A program made the position numbers and the translations under genes. 61,035 nucleotides of DNA from Nanobdellota archaeon (GTDB lineage Archaea; Nanobdellota; Nanobdellia; Parvarchaeales; Parvarchaeaceae): positions 1 to 61,035 of the forward strand of contig JAJZWM010000003.1 of assembly GCA_021846665.1 (NCBI GenBank), written 5' to 3'. Within the stretch, counting starts at the first letter, position 1, and each line of letters starts with the position of its first letter. Shown in pieces: positions 17,337 through 25,904 of the stretch. Under the pieces are notes generated by a model, which did not search any database, was not told the DNA's origin, and saw only the letters and a program-made list of their open reading frames with translations.

Positions 17337-19514
17337 ATGAGGGATAAAACACTTGAGGAAGTAATAAAACCAAATAGTGCTTCTGATTCGAAATTAAGAC
17401 TTCTTGTTATGTCCGAATTGGAGCTTGCAACTAAATTAAGTAATAAAGATGTATTAAATAATCTTGGCCAGATAATAAAAAATTATGAAGGAAAAATTGA
17501 CGGTATCGTAATAAATGGTGGTTTAGCGTATATACCAGATAAATACAGTAGATTAAGAGGAGAAAGACTGGATTTAGTTGAAGACAGATTAAAGGAAAAA
17601 TACGGAGAAGAAGTGTATAATGAGGTAAAACGTGGTAAAGATGACTCAGATTCTGTTGATGACTTAACAGAAGCTGCAAGGCTAGCAAAGATACAAATGA
17701 AAAGCATAGCATATGAAGCAAAAAAAAGAGATATACCTATATACTACATTTACGGCGTTACTGATTACAAAAATGTAAAGATGATAATAGAGGCACTGGA
17801 AAGGCTAAGCAGACGAAACAACAAAGAAGAAAAGATGAAAGTAAACAAGAAAAATAAAAAACAGAATAAGCTTGAAAATAAAATGCCTGATGAGATAGAA
17901 AGAATAATGTCAATAATACCTGAAAGCTATAAATTTAAGGCTTCTCAGTGGAAGACCTCTGATAAAAAAGGCATAAAAGACGAAGCGAATGACATTTATC
18001 TGCACTTAATTAACATGGTATTAAACGATGGCAGAAACAAGGACAATATAAAGGTTTACAAAAGATTTGAAAATTTCTTGGGTGAAAAGGAAGATAATAA
18101 CCCAGACGCGGAAATACTGATAAATGGCTTCAAAGTGAAGGTTTTCCATGCAATAAATGCACTTACCGCTGGGATAAATGAAGGAAAACCAAGCGATAGA
18201 AATATAAATATGATAGTAGATTATGCTAACCTTGATGCACAGTACGGCAGACTTGCAGATATTTATATAACTGGTAGAGGATCTTCTACTGAATTTACTG
18301 CTTTAGATTACCAAAGCAGAAAAGATCCGGTATTGATATTAAATCAAGGCCCTCTTATGGACATAGACAAGCAATTTAAACTAAGAGCTAGCCTTAATAA
18401 AACTGATGTATCAAAAAGGCTTTCGCAGCTTGAAGATAGTGGAATATCTTTATTATCAGTTTATGGTGACAAAAGTATCGAAATAGAACATATAGATATA
18501 GGTGGAATTAAAAATGGTATAAATCCCTATAAAATAAACAAAGAGAAAACGAAAGGATCACTTTATGAAATGGTACAAATATCAGACTGGCACGCCGGAA
18601 ATTCTGCATCAGATTATGAAGCAATGGAAGAAGTACCTGAAATAATAAAGAAAAGTGAAGTACCAAAAGACAAAAGAACACTTTTTGTTGGCGGAGACAT
18701 GGTTGATGGCGGAAATGACAAGGCACAGAGAACAAAGATGTCTTTGCCAAGAGCTCCAAGCCCTGAAGAGTTTTTAGGAAAGCTCGAAGATATACTGAAT
18801 GACGATGACAATGAAAGAGCAAAGAACAATTTCGTGTCGGAATTGCATAACGTAGTTTATGGCAATTCAGATATAGACTTGGGCCGACAAGAAAAGAGAC
18901 TTGATACATATCTCAAGCCATTAGGATCTTTGTTTAAAAAAGCTTATGTTGTCGGTGGAAACCATTTTGAAAGAGCTACAGGAAATGGTAGTGAAAGCGG
19001 AATAATAGGGCCGAAGCTTGAAAGTAATGGTACTAAGGAAGTTGTTTACGTAGATGATTATCTTTTGAGAGGAGAAACACCTTATCTGGATAAATATGGA
19101 CTACTACTGATGCATAGCGCAGGTTATAGAGGTGGGGCGGATGCAAGAACATCTCTTATGAACACAGTTAAGAACACTGGAAAAGATTTAGTCGATATAG
19201 CTATAGCAGGAGACTGCCATGAACCTGGAATAAAATTTGCGTTGAAAAAGAAGGATGAGGAATGGAAAACTATGACAGCAATAACAGTACCTGCACTTGA
19301 AAATGAAACTTACTTCGAAAGTTATATACTACATAAACCAAATTATACAAAAGGGATAAGTGAACTGTATATACCAACTGATACAAGTATAGGAACCTCT
19401 TACTTAAAGTACAAACTTATACCTCTACAGGGGATAAGAACGGCTATGCAGGCAGACGGAGGGTCTAGATATACTCGTTTGCTAGATAATTTACTTAAAA
19501 AATTCACTAGCTGA
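17337..19514 (+). CDS. Large calcineurin-like metallophosphoesterase (MPE). The C-terminal domain has a complete motif set. The N-terminal half looks like a degenerate second MPE domain.
   Basis: C-terminal half carries ISDWHAG, GGDMVDGGND, VVGGNHFE, LLMHSAG and AGDCHEPG. The N-terminal half has collinear degenerate counterparts: VMSELELA, IVINGGLAYIPD, IYGVTDY, VFHAINA and ITGRGSS. GGAGGGG ribosome-binding site upstream. Confidence 0.6.
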   Translation: MRDKTLEEVIKPNSASDSKLRLLVMSELELATKLSNKDVLNNLGQIIKNYEGKIDGIVINGGLAYIPDKYSRLRGERLDLVEDRLKEKYGEEVYNEVKRGKDDSDSVDDLTEAARLAKIQMKSIAYEAKKRDIPIYYIYGVTDYKNVKMIIEALERLSRRNNKEEKMKVNKKNKKQNKLENKMPDEIERIMSIIPESYKFKASQWKTSDKKGIKDEANDIYLHLINMVLNDGRNKDNIKVYKRFENFLGEKEDNNPDAEILINGFKVKVFHAINALTAGINEGKPSDRNINMIVDYANLDAQYGRLADIYITGRGSSTEFTALDYQSRKDPVLILNQGPLMDIDKQFKLRASLNKTDVSKRLSQLEDSGISLLSVYGDKSIEIEHIDIGGIKNGINPYKINKEKTKGSLYEMVQISDWHAGNSASDYEAMEEVPEIIKKSEVPKDKRTLFVGGDMVDGGNDKAQRTKMSLPRAPSPEEFLGKLEDILNDDDNERAKNNFVSELHNVVYGNSDIDLGRQEKRLDTYLKPLGSLFKKAYVVGGNHFERATGNGSESGIIGPKLESNGTKEVVYVDDYLLRGETPYLDKYGLLLMHSAGYRGGADARTSLMNTVKNTGKDLVDIAIAGDCHEPGIKFALKKKDEEWKTMTAITVPALENETYFESYILHKPNYTKGISELYIPTDTSIGTSYLKYKLIPLQGIRTAMQADGGSRYTRLLDNLLKKFTS

Positions 19515-19549
19515 AAATATAAAGATTAGTAAAAATATAAAGATTAGTA
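19514..19549. repeat. Perfect tandem duplication, 2 x 18 bp (aaaatataaagattagta)
   Basis: Read directly: 19514-19531 is identical to 19532-19549. It begins in the stop codon of the 725-aa gene and lies 22 nt upstream of the DHH gene ATG. Confidence 0.9.
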
Positions 19550-19570
19550 ATATGATATGCAGATATACTT

Positions 19571-20629
19571 ATGGACGAAATTAAGAAGAAAGATAGTATC
19601 GAGGGTGTAAGAGATTTTATATCGAAAAACAATGATTTCACTGTTTTTTACCACCTTGATACAGATGGAATAATAAGTGCCGCTTTGCTTACTGCTGCTC
19701 TCAAAAAAATGAACAAAGGAGTTTACTATTATAGGCCTACAAACTATGAAGATTACAAAAATATAGACATGCAGGAATACAGCAAAAACATAATAGTCTG
19801 TGATATGCAGATAAGAGAAGACCAGCTACAACTGTTCAAGAATAAAAATCTTTGTATAATAGACCATCACCAGATAATAAATGTAGATTTACCAGCATAT
19901 GCAAATCCAAAAATCTGGGAAGATTTCACATATACGCCATGTTCGCTGCTAGTTTACAGAATATTCGAACAGGAGGTAAAAGAGCTTGATTGGGCTTCTG
20001 CAATAGGTCTAATAGGAGATTCTGGTGGAAAGGAAAATTCTGATTTTGTTAAAAAAACCGCAGAAGAATACGGGATAAAAATAGGAAAAGATGATTTTAT
20101 GTATGACAATGACTTTGGAAAAGCTGCTGGAATGATAGGATCAATGACTACTCTATATAATAGAGAAGGTGCGGATGAAGCATTAGGGATTGTAATAAAT
20201 AGTAATTCTATTGCTGATATTCTTAATAACCAAAAACTTGTTTTTGCAGACAAGAAAGTAAGAGAAGAACTTGAAAAACTAAAAAAGGATTTTAAGGAGA
20301 ATGCTCAGAAATTAGGTAAAGTATACTTTTATGAATTAGATCAAAAGAAGAAGAGATATTCCTCTACACTAGTTACTGAACTAAGTTTTAACAAGGAATA
20401 TTATGGTAATGTACTTGTATTCATGACAAAGATAAACGGAAGGACTATGCGTCTTAACTTAAGAGCAAACGGAGTAGAAATAAAACTACCCATAATTCTT
20501 AACAACATATTCAAAAAGATGAAAGGAGAAGGTGGAGGGCATGATAAAGCATCAGGCGGGTCTATAGATTACAAGGATAAGGAAAAATTCAAGAAGCTAT
20601 TTTTGGAAGAAACTACTAATCTAAAATAA
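19571..20629 (+). CDS. DHH-family phosphoesterase (NrnA/RecJ-like)
   Basis: DTDGIISAA, IIDHHQI (DHH) and GGGHDKASG (DHHA1 GGGH) motifs. Confidence 0.7.
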   Translation: MDEIKKKDSIEGVRDFISKNNDFTVFYHLDTDGIISAALLTAALKKMNKGVYYYRPTNYEDYKNIDMQEYSKNIIVCDMQIREDQLQLFKNKNLCIIDHHQIINVDLPAYANPKIWEDFTYTPCSLLVYRIFEQEVKELDWASAIGLIGDSGGKENSDFVKKTAEEYGIKIGKDDFMYDNDFGKAAGMIGSMTTLYNREGADEALGIVINSNSIADILNNQKLVFADKKVREELEKLKKDFKENAQKLGKVYFYELDQKKKRYSSTLVTELSFNKEYYGNVLVFMTKINGRTMRLNLRANGVEIKLPIILNNIFKKMKGEGGGHDKASGGSIDYKDKEKFKKLFLEETTNLK

Positions 20630-20899
20630 TCAGAAATCTGGTGCCCTGCTTACTTCGGATATACTTAAACTTGCATCTGTAAATGATGTAAATGCTTCTT
20701 CAAGCTTTGAAGTTCCCATCTCTTCATCTGTTACAAGTGTTATCATTATAACTGTTAAGCCAAAAGCTAAAGGTTGAACTTCCACTTTATATATTGAGCC
20801 GTATTTTGAAAGGAACGCCTTTATTTTTTCAGAGGTATCATCTACATTAGAAGAAGTATCCTTCGGTAGAGCCTTTATTTTTATTATTACCTTTCCCAT
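20630..20899 (-). CDS. Translation elongation factor aEF-1 beta
   Basis: 89 aa with ...PLAFGL... and a typical aEF-1beta layout. The ATG at 20899 lies 3 nt after the upstream stop. The longer track ORF starts at a TTG. Confidence 0.8.
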   Translation of the reverse strand: MGKVIIKIKALPKDTSSNVDDTSEKIKAFLSKYGSIYKVEVQPLAFGLTVIMITLVTDEEMGTSKLEEAFTSFTDASLSISEVSRAPDF

Positions 20900-20900
20900 A

Positions 20901-21086
20901 TTAAGGCCCCACAAAACCGCACACCTTGCAGGTGTAATTTACTCCTCTGCCTCTACATTTTCCGCATCTTGAAATTTTATTACCACAATTAGGACAATTA
21001 AACACTACAGAATCATCTATTATTGATATATCTCTTTCACAGGATACACAAAAATTCTTTTCAGTTTCAACTAACTCTTCTACCAT
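20901..21086 (-). CDS. Zn-ribbon protein (COG2888-like), the conserved upstream partner of aEF-1 beta
   Basis: 61 aa with four CxxC pairs (CVSC, CPNC, CGKC, CKVC). Gene order matches the common archaeal Zn-ribbon/EF-1beta pair. Confidence 0.65.
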   Translation of the reverse strand: MVEELVETEKNFCVSCERDISIIDDSVVFNCPNCGNKISRCGKCRGRGVNYTCKVCGFVGP

Positions 21087-21167
21087 TTGTTAGTTTATTA
21101 TCAGATTGATATTTATATGTTTCTGTTATAGATAATATATGAAAAAAGAGATAAAACAGGTGGTTAT

Positions 21168-21563
21168 ATGATTATAAGAGGTATGAAGACTGGAAAAACA
21201 ACTAAAGAAAAAGAGATAAAACAGATGATAATACTAAGAAAGGACCTAGGTATGGGAACAGGAAAGCTCGTTGCACAGGGATCTCATGCAAGCCTTATGA
21301 GCTTTCTTAATACTGAAAAAAAATATCCAGATATAACAAAAAGATGGTTAGAAGAAGGAGAAACAAAAATAGTGTTAAAGGTAAATAAACAGGAGGAATT
21401 TGAAGAACTTAAAAACAAACTAAAAAGAAGCGGTATGCCTTTTCAAGTCGTAAAAGATGCTGGTCAGACGCAGGTTCCCCCTGGAAGTGAAACCGCAATA
21501 GGGATAGGTCCCTATTATACAGATGAAATAAATAAGATAACTGGAAAGCTAAAACTTTTATGA
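21168..21563 (+). CDS. pth2: Peptidyl-tRNA hydrolase, archaeal type (Pth2). The likely true start is the ATG at 21225.
   Basis: MIILRKDLGMGTGKLVAQGSHAS...KIVLKV...DAGQTQVPPGSETAIGIGP matches Pth2. Homologues start 2-3 aa before the VVVR-like segment. Confidence 0.85.
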   Translation: MIIRGMKTGKTTKEKEIKQMIILRKDLGMGTGKLVAQGSHASLMSFLNTEKKYPDITKRWLEEGETKIVLKVNKQEEFEELKNKLKRSGMPFQVVKDAGQTQVPPGSETAIGIGPYYTDEINKITGKLKLL

Positions 21564-21880
21564 CAGATATACTGTACGTAATGATAAATTCTATGATACA
21601 GGTAAATCCTTATATAGCATATCTTTTCTTTGTGATGATAATAGCAGGAGTTGGAGTAACCTACTTCTATAAAAAAGAGGTAGGATTTATTGTAACTATA
21701 ATAGTCTCAGCTATATTGGGTTATATGGGTATAATTTATCCATTTATGTATATAATAACTGCTGTTTCTGCTGTTCTTCTTTTGCTTTCTATATTTGGAG
21801 AAGGCTCAATAACAAGATCTGTAAAAAACCTTGAAAGCTGGATATACATAAAAATCATGCTAAAAAAACAAAAAAGGTAA
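21560..21880 (+). CDS. Small integral membrane protein
   Basis: 106 aa with three hydrophobic helices. ATGA overlap with pth2. Confidence 0.45.
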   Translation: MTDILYVMINSMIQVNPYIAYLFFVMIIAGVGVTYFYKKEVGFIVTIIVSAILGYMGIIYPFMYIITAVSAVLLLLSIFGEGSITRSVKNLESWIYIKIMLKKQKR

Positions 21881-21881
21881 A

Positions 21882-21952
21882 TGCATCGGCCGGGATTCGA
21901 ACCCGGGTCTCCACCGTGGCAGGGTAGTGTCTTACCACTGGACTACCGATGC
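21882..21952 (-). tRNA. tRNA-Gly (anticodon GCC)
   Basis: GCATCGG/CCGATGC acceptor, anticodon loop CTGCCAC, T-arm CCGGGTTCGAATCCCGG. Confidence 0.9.
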
Positions 21953-21990
21953 TTAATACAATTTATTAATATGCCTCTTTTATATATCTT

Positions 21991-22428
21991 ATGTATTTTG
22001 GAACGGAATTTAAGAAAGACAGTAATCAATGGAAAAAGTTTGAAAATGATACCGCAGATGTATTTGAAAAATTTGATTATGCAGTAAACAGAGACATAAG
22101 ATTTAAGACAGATAGATGGTTTCAGATTGATTTTATAGCGCAGGATAAAAAAAGAAGATTTTTTGTGGACTGCAAAAACCATTCATATATACCTCCAGAG
22201 AAAGAGAAGGAATTTGTAAGAAAACAACTAATAAGAGCCAACAACTTTATTGAGAAAGAAAGAAAAGAAGAAAAAAAGAACATAATACTGTTAGTTACAA
22301 GAAATAAAACAAATTCACTGCTAATGCATAAAGAAGGCGGTGAGAGAATACTAGCAGTAGACTTCTATTCATTATCGGCTCTTCTTAAAGATATAGACTT
22401 ATATGAAGACGAACTTTATGTTTTCTAA
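21991..22428 (+). CDS. PD-(D/E)xK-fold nuclease, Hjc/restriction-endonuclease-like
   Basis: FENDTADVFEKF...QIDFIAQDKKRRFFVDCKNH fits the E...D...(D/E)xK pattern of Hjc-like resolvases. Length is 145 aa. Confidence 0.45.
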   Translation: MYFGTEFKKDSNQWKKFENDTADVFEKFDYAVNRDIRFKTDRWFQIDFIAQDKKRRFFVDCKNHSYIPPEKEKEFVRKQLIRANNFIEKERKEEKKNIILLVTRNKTNSLLMHKEGGERILAVDFYSLSALLKDIDLYEDELYVF

Positions 22429-23169
22429 TTACTCGAGCCTATTTGCAAGAATAAACGACATTACTGCATCTGAATTTATCTCATAATCCATCTTAAGAGG
22501 ATAATTATTTGAAAACGAAATTTTTACCGGCTTCTCTGGATCAACAGCATACATGAACTTTGAGAGGTAATCTATTGAGTATTTGGACCTTGTCATCGAT
22601 TCAGACTTTAAATCAAATATTTCTTTGTTTTCATTTATTGATAATTCCTGTGAAAACTCCTTTTCTTCGCTTTTTGAACTTATCATAAATCTAGGCCTGT
22701 CAACTATAAAGTATATTGAATCATCAACTAAGGAAGCTGCTTTTACTGAATCCTTTATAAGCGAACTTAAAACAGTAACTTCTGCAGTAAACTTAAGCTG
22801 AGGTATCTTCTGTGCAGTATAATTCTCATCAATTAAAGGGATACCAAAATGCTGCTTGTTCTTGCCATTTATATCTATTATTAGCCTGTTCTTAGAATCT
22901 GAGATCTTTAGCTTATCCTCCTTCTTCGCTAATTTAAGTATGCCATTTAGATCATCCAATGAAACAGATATCTTTATAGGCTTTTCTATGTTGAAACTCG
23001 AAAATATTGATTTTTTAGCTTCAAAAAGGACCATCGCTATATTTGCAGGATCCATAGCCTTTATTGCAAAGCCTTCTTCATTAAAGTCTATGGAAACATC
23101 AGACATTAAACTACCTATTGTGTCCATCATCTTTTTAAAAACTTCCGCATCTTTAAATTCAGCTTCCAT
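22429..23169 (-). CDS. pcn: DNA polymerase sliding clamp PCNA
   Basis: 246 aa. The N-terminal ...FKKMMDTIGSLMSDVSIDFNEEGFAIKAMDPANIAMV... is typical of archaeal PCNA. Confidence 0.9.
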   Translation of the reverse strand: MEAEFKDAEVFKKMMDTIGSLMSDVSIDFNEEGFAIKAMDPANIAMVLFEAKKSIFSSFNIEKPIKISVSLDDLNGILKLAKKEDKLKISDSKNRLIIDINGKNKQHFGIPLIDENYTAQKIPQLKFTAEVTVLSSLIKDSVKAASLVDDSIYFIVDRPRFMISSKSEEKEFSQELSINENKEIFDLKSESMTRSKYSIDYLSKFMYAVDPEKPVKISFSNNYPLKMDYEINSDAVMSFILANRLE

Positions 23170-23494
23170 TGCTACTTAATAGATCATTTCTTATTATTAA
23201 ATACTTTTTGTAATTATTATAATCATTTATATTTATCTTTTCCGTCTTGTCTGCCCTTACTTCAAAAGAGGAATCAGCAGCAATACTCCTGCCTGTAACA
23301 ATAACTAAATCTTCCGGTTCTAACTTTATATTTTCCTGATAATTAGGAAGACAAGTTATTCTTTGATTATCATCTTCTACTTCAAACACACCTGTTTTAT
23401 CATCAAATGAAATTACCTTTCCAATAAACCTAATTCTTGCATTATCCTCTTTTATCTCCTTAATTTCAGTATCCTTTATTACCTGATTTTCCAT
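23159..23494 (-). CDS. OB-fold nucleic-acid-binding protein (RPA/SSB-like small subunit?)
   Basis: IRFIGKVISFDDKTGVFEVEDDNQRITC...LVIVTGR resembles the tRNA_anti/OB fold. 11-nt overlap with the pcn start. Confidence 0.35.
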   Translation of the reverse strand: MENQVIKDTEIKEIKEDNARIRFIGKVISFDDKTGVFEVEDDNQRITCLPNYQENIKLEPEDLVIVTGRSIAADSSFEVRADKTEKININDYNNYKKYLIIRNDLLSSNGS

Positions 23495-23961
23495 TAACTA
23501 GTAGAGTTTACCACTGTTATGTTTATAGGGATTATCTTATAATTTACACAGTTGAGATAGCTTGCTGATATGTTTGCGGTAACTGGGTAATTTCCTATTT
23601 TTGAAGGGGAATAAACTCCAAAACTTGTGTATCCTCTTGTACTAACATTAAGCTTTGTGGAATTTGCAACTTGAATAGAAAATGGTACGCTTTCAGAGGG
23701 TTTTACAGTCAGAGCAATATTTTCAGTTACATTACCAGTGTTATTTACCCTAATAGTAAAAAATGTGTTGGTATTCTCTGGTGCTTTTACATTCGTATTT
23801 GTGGTATAACTAAATCCAAGATTGACAGAGTTGCAGTTTATGGTCTGAACCACTGGTGCTTTATAAGCCGGAGAAGTTTTTCCAGCTGCTATAAACCCAA
23901 TTAAAAGCACTATCAATAAAGCAAGTAATAAATAGTTTCTGAATCCTTTCATAGTTATCAT
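23494..23961 (-). CDS. Secreted or anchored beta-sandwich (CARDB-like) protein
   Basis: N-terminal signal/TM segment, then a VNNTGNVTENIALTV-type pattern with several sequons. Confidence 0.45.
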   Translation of the reverse strand: MITMKGFRNYLLLALLIVLLIGFIAAGKTSPAYKAPVVQTINCNSVNLGFSYTTNTNVKAPENTNTFFTIRVNNTGNVTENIALTVKPSESVPFSIQVANSTKLNVSTRGYTSFGVYSPSKIGNYPVTANISASYLNCVNYKIIPINITVVNSTS

Positions 23962-23996
23962 TTAATTTAGAATTAATTGTTAATAAGTGTTTCGAT

Positions 23997-24587
23997 ATGG
24001 TATACATAAAGGAATTCAAAGATGTTTACCCCCCTGCTGAGGATAGTTTTCTTCTCTTAAACGCAGTAAAATACGCACATGGTGAAGTACTTGACATGTT
24101 TGCAGGTAGCGGTATAATAGGATTAAACGCTGCAAACAAGGCTAAGAAAGTTACATTTGCAGATATAAATCCAAATGCAATAAAAGCCATAAAATACAAC
24201 GCAAATAGAAACGGAATTAAAAACATTGAATGTGTTCTTTCGGACTTATTCTCCTCTTTAGGTAATAGAAAATTTGATGTTATATACGCAAATCCTCCTT
24301 ATCTTCCAAAAAAGAAGGAAAGAAAGTGGGTAAATCAGGCTTTAAGCGGAGGGATAGAGGGTAATGAGCTAACTATAGACTTAATACGTTCGTTAAAAGA
24401 ACATCTTAAAGGCAATGGAGATGCGTTTATTATTTTATCAACAGTTTATGACACAGATAAAGTATATAAGGAGATAAAGCGTTTAAAGCTTAGCTTTAAG
24501 AAGTTATATTCAGTTAATTTTTTCTTCGAGGAGCTTATCCTTATAAAAATATATGACACGAGCAGGAATATCGGTAAATCAAGGTAG
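23997..24587 (+). CDS. SAM-dependent N5-glutamine methyltransferase, HemK/PrmC/Mtq2 family
   Basis: DMFAGSGIIG SAM motif and NPPYLP catalytic motif. Confidence 0.7.
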   Translation: MVYIKEFKDVYPPAEDSFLLLNAVKYAHGEVLDMFAGSGIIGLNAANKAKKVTFADINPNAIKAIKYNANRNGIKNIECVLSDLFSSLGNRKFDVIYANPPYLPKKKERKWVNQALSGGIEGNELTIDLIRSLKEHLKGNGDAFIILSTVYDTDKVYKEIKRLKLSFKKLYSVNFFFEELILIKIYDTSRNIGKSR

Positions 24588-24879
24588 GATTATAGTAGCA
24601 GTAATTATAGATAATTCCGTTCAGGTACACAGAGTAAAGAGCTTAAGTGACGTTAAAGATATACTTAATACTGCAAAACCTAGTGTAGTAGGAATTGATA
24701 AAAGTGCTGCAGAATTTTTTGAGGATCTTTCATTTTCATTTAATACGGTAAAAATTGACGGAGAAAAGGAAGATGCTAATCCTGTTAAATCGCTTACCAT
24801 GCTAAGTATAACTAAAGATTCTGATATCGGAGCAATAAACTCTGCTTATTACTCAAAAGAAGCAGAAAATCCTAAGTAA
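24553..24879 (+). CDS. Hypothetical protein
   Basis: ORF only. 35-nt overlap with the upstream methyltransferase gene. No motif recognised. Confidence 0.3.
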   Translation: MTRAGISVNQGRIIVAVIIDNSVQVHRVKSLSDVKDILNTAKPSVVGIDKSAAEFFEDLSFSFNTVKIDGEKEDANPVKSLTMLSITKDSDIGAINSAYYSKEAENPK

Positions 24880-24880
24880 A

Positions 24881-25285
24881 TTAAATCTTATTGTCTTGGT
24901 TGCTTAATACTTCTCCTTTTTCAACCTTTACAAAATCAGGCACTACTAAAAGATAATCTTCATCCACACCGATTATCTGTGCTTCTGCGGCATCGGCACT
25001 TTTCTTTAATTTAGAAATAGTCCTCTTTAATTCATCTACACCATCTTTTTCCCTTATCTCCTTAATCTTTATGAATGATAATGTATATCCAGAGCGTATA
25101 TCGTTTAGTATGGCACTAGCATCCTCAAACTTATTGATATTGTAGTATTTTACATATATTTTAGCCATCGGCTTGTCTCCTTGCTCAACCTCTAATTCAA
25201 CGTAGTCATTTCCCTGATTAGAGGAATCTACATTTACATTCTTCTTGAATATATTCAAGAAATTATCAAATGGAAGATTTACCAT
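24881..25285 (-). CDS. sepF: Cell division protein SepF-like (DUF552)
   Basis: The C-terminal domain pattern (IYVKYYNINKFEDASAILNDIRSGYTLSFIKI...AQIIGVDEDYLLVVPDFVKVEK) matches SepF. ATG at 25285 is preceded by GAGGTG. The track start at 25291 is a GTG. Confidence 0.6.
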   Translation of the reverse strand: MVNLPFDNFLNIFKKNVNVDSSNQGNDYVELEVEQGDKPMAKIYVKYYNINKFEDASAILNDIRSGYTLSFIKIKEIREKDGVDELKRTISKLKKSADAAEAQIIGVDEDYLLVVPDFVKVEKGEVLSNQDNKI

Positions 25286-25375
25286 GTTCACACCTCACAA
25301 CTCAATATTAATACTAAAGAAGATAAGAAAATTTTAGTATTTAAGTTTATCATTATCCTTTCTGTATAAAATAAA

Positions 25376-25458
25376 TGCAGAGGGAGGGATTTGAACCCTC
25401 GAAGGCCTAAGCCATAAGGTCCTAAGCCTTACACGTTTGACCGCTTCGTTACCTCTGC
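25376..25458 (-). tRNA. tRNA-Leu (anticodon UAG), long variable arm
   Basis: GCAGAGG/CCTCTGC acceptor, anticodon loop CTTAGGA, variable arm TGGCTTAGGCCTTC. Confidence 0.9.
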
Positions 25459-25463
25459 TAAAT

Positions 25464-25904
25464 TCATTTTTTACTTTTCTTTATATAAACGACATCTCCA
25501 AATGACAAATTATCTGTATCTCTTTTTGAAGCTGAGTCGGAAACTAGCTCAACTTCATATAACGATATATTTAATAGTTTTTCAAGCTTTGTAGTTATAT
25601 TTTTATCTGGCAATATTTCACCATTTACTATTTTTTTCATGTCTTTTGGAGAACATTTTATTCTTTCTGCTACTTCTTCGATTGAAAGCCCCTTCTCTTT
25701 CAACGCATTCTTTATCTCATTTAGATAATCGTACTTCAGTTCGCTTTCACTTTCCGCTTTTCTCTGTACTTTGTTATTTACCTGAACTGAACTACCTATA
25801 ACTTTCCCATATTTTGAACAGTTTTTGCAGAGATTCATTACTGCCCCTTCTATGTCAGTCTTAAAAAGAGTCTCTTCAAACGCACCACATATTTCGCAAT
25901 TCAT
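25464..25904 (-). CDS. mbf1: Multiprotein bridging factor 1 (aMBF1): Zn-ribbon plus HTH
   Basis: N-terminal CEIC...CKNC Zn-ribbon and a C-terminal XRE-type HTH (SIEEVAERIKCSPKDMKKIVNGE). Confidence 0.8.
   Translation of the reverse strand: MNCEICGAFEETLFKTDIEGAVMNLCKNCSKYGKVIGSSVQVNNKVQRKAESESELKYDYLNEIKNALKEKGLSIEEVAERIKCSPKDMKKIVNGEILPDKNITTKLEKLLNISLYEVELVSDSASKRDTDNLSFGDVVYIKKSKK

Noticed and set aside
17337-19514. Calling the 725-aa protein PolD small subunit (DP1) or Mre11
   Set aside because: Only generic MPE motifs are shared. I could not see a DP1-type OB or N-terminal region. There is no adjacent DP2, Rad50, HerA or NurA. It is left as an uncharacterised MPE.
21881-22182. ORFs 21881-22087 (+) and 21943-22182 (-)
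   Set aside because: They overlap tRNA-Gly or the nuclease gene. The first is just the complement of the tRNA read as protein.
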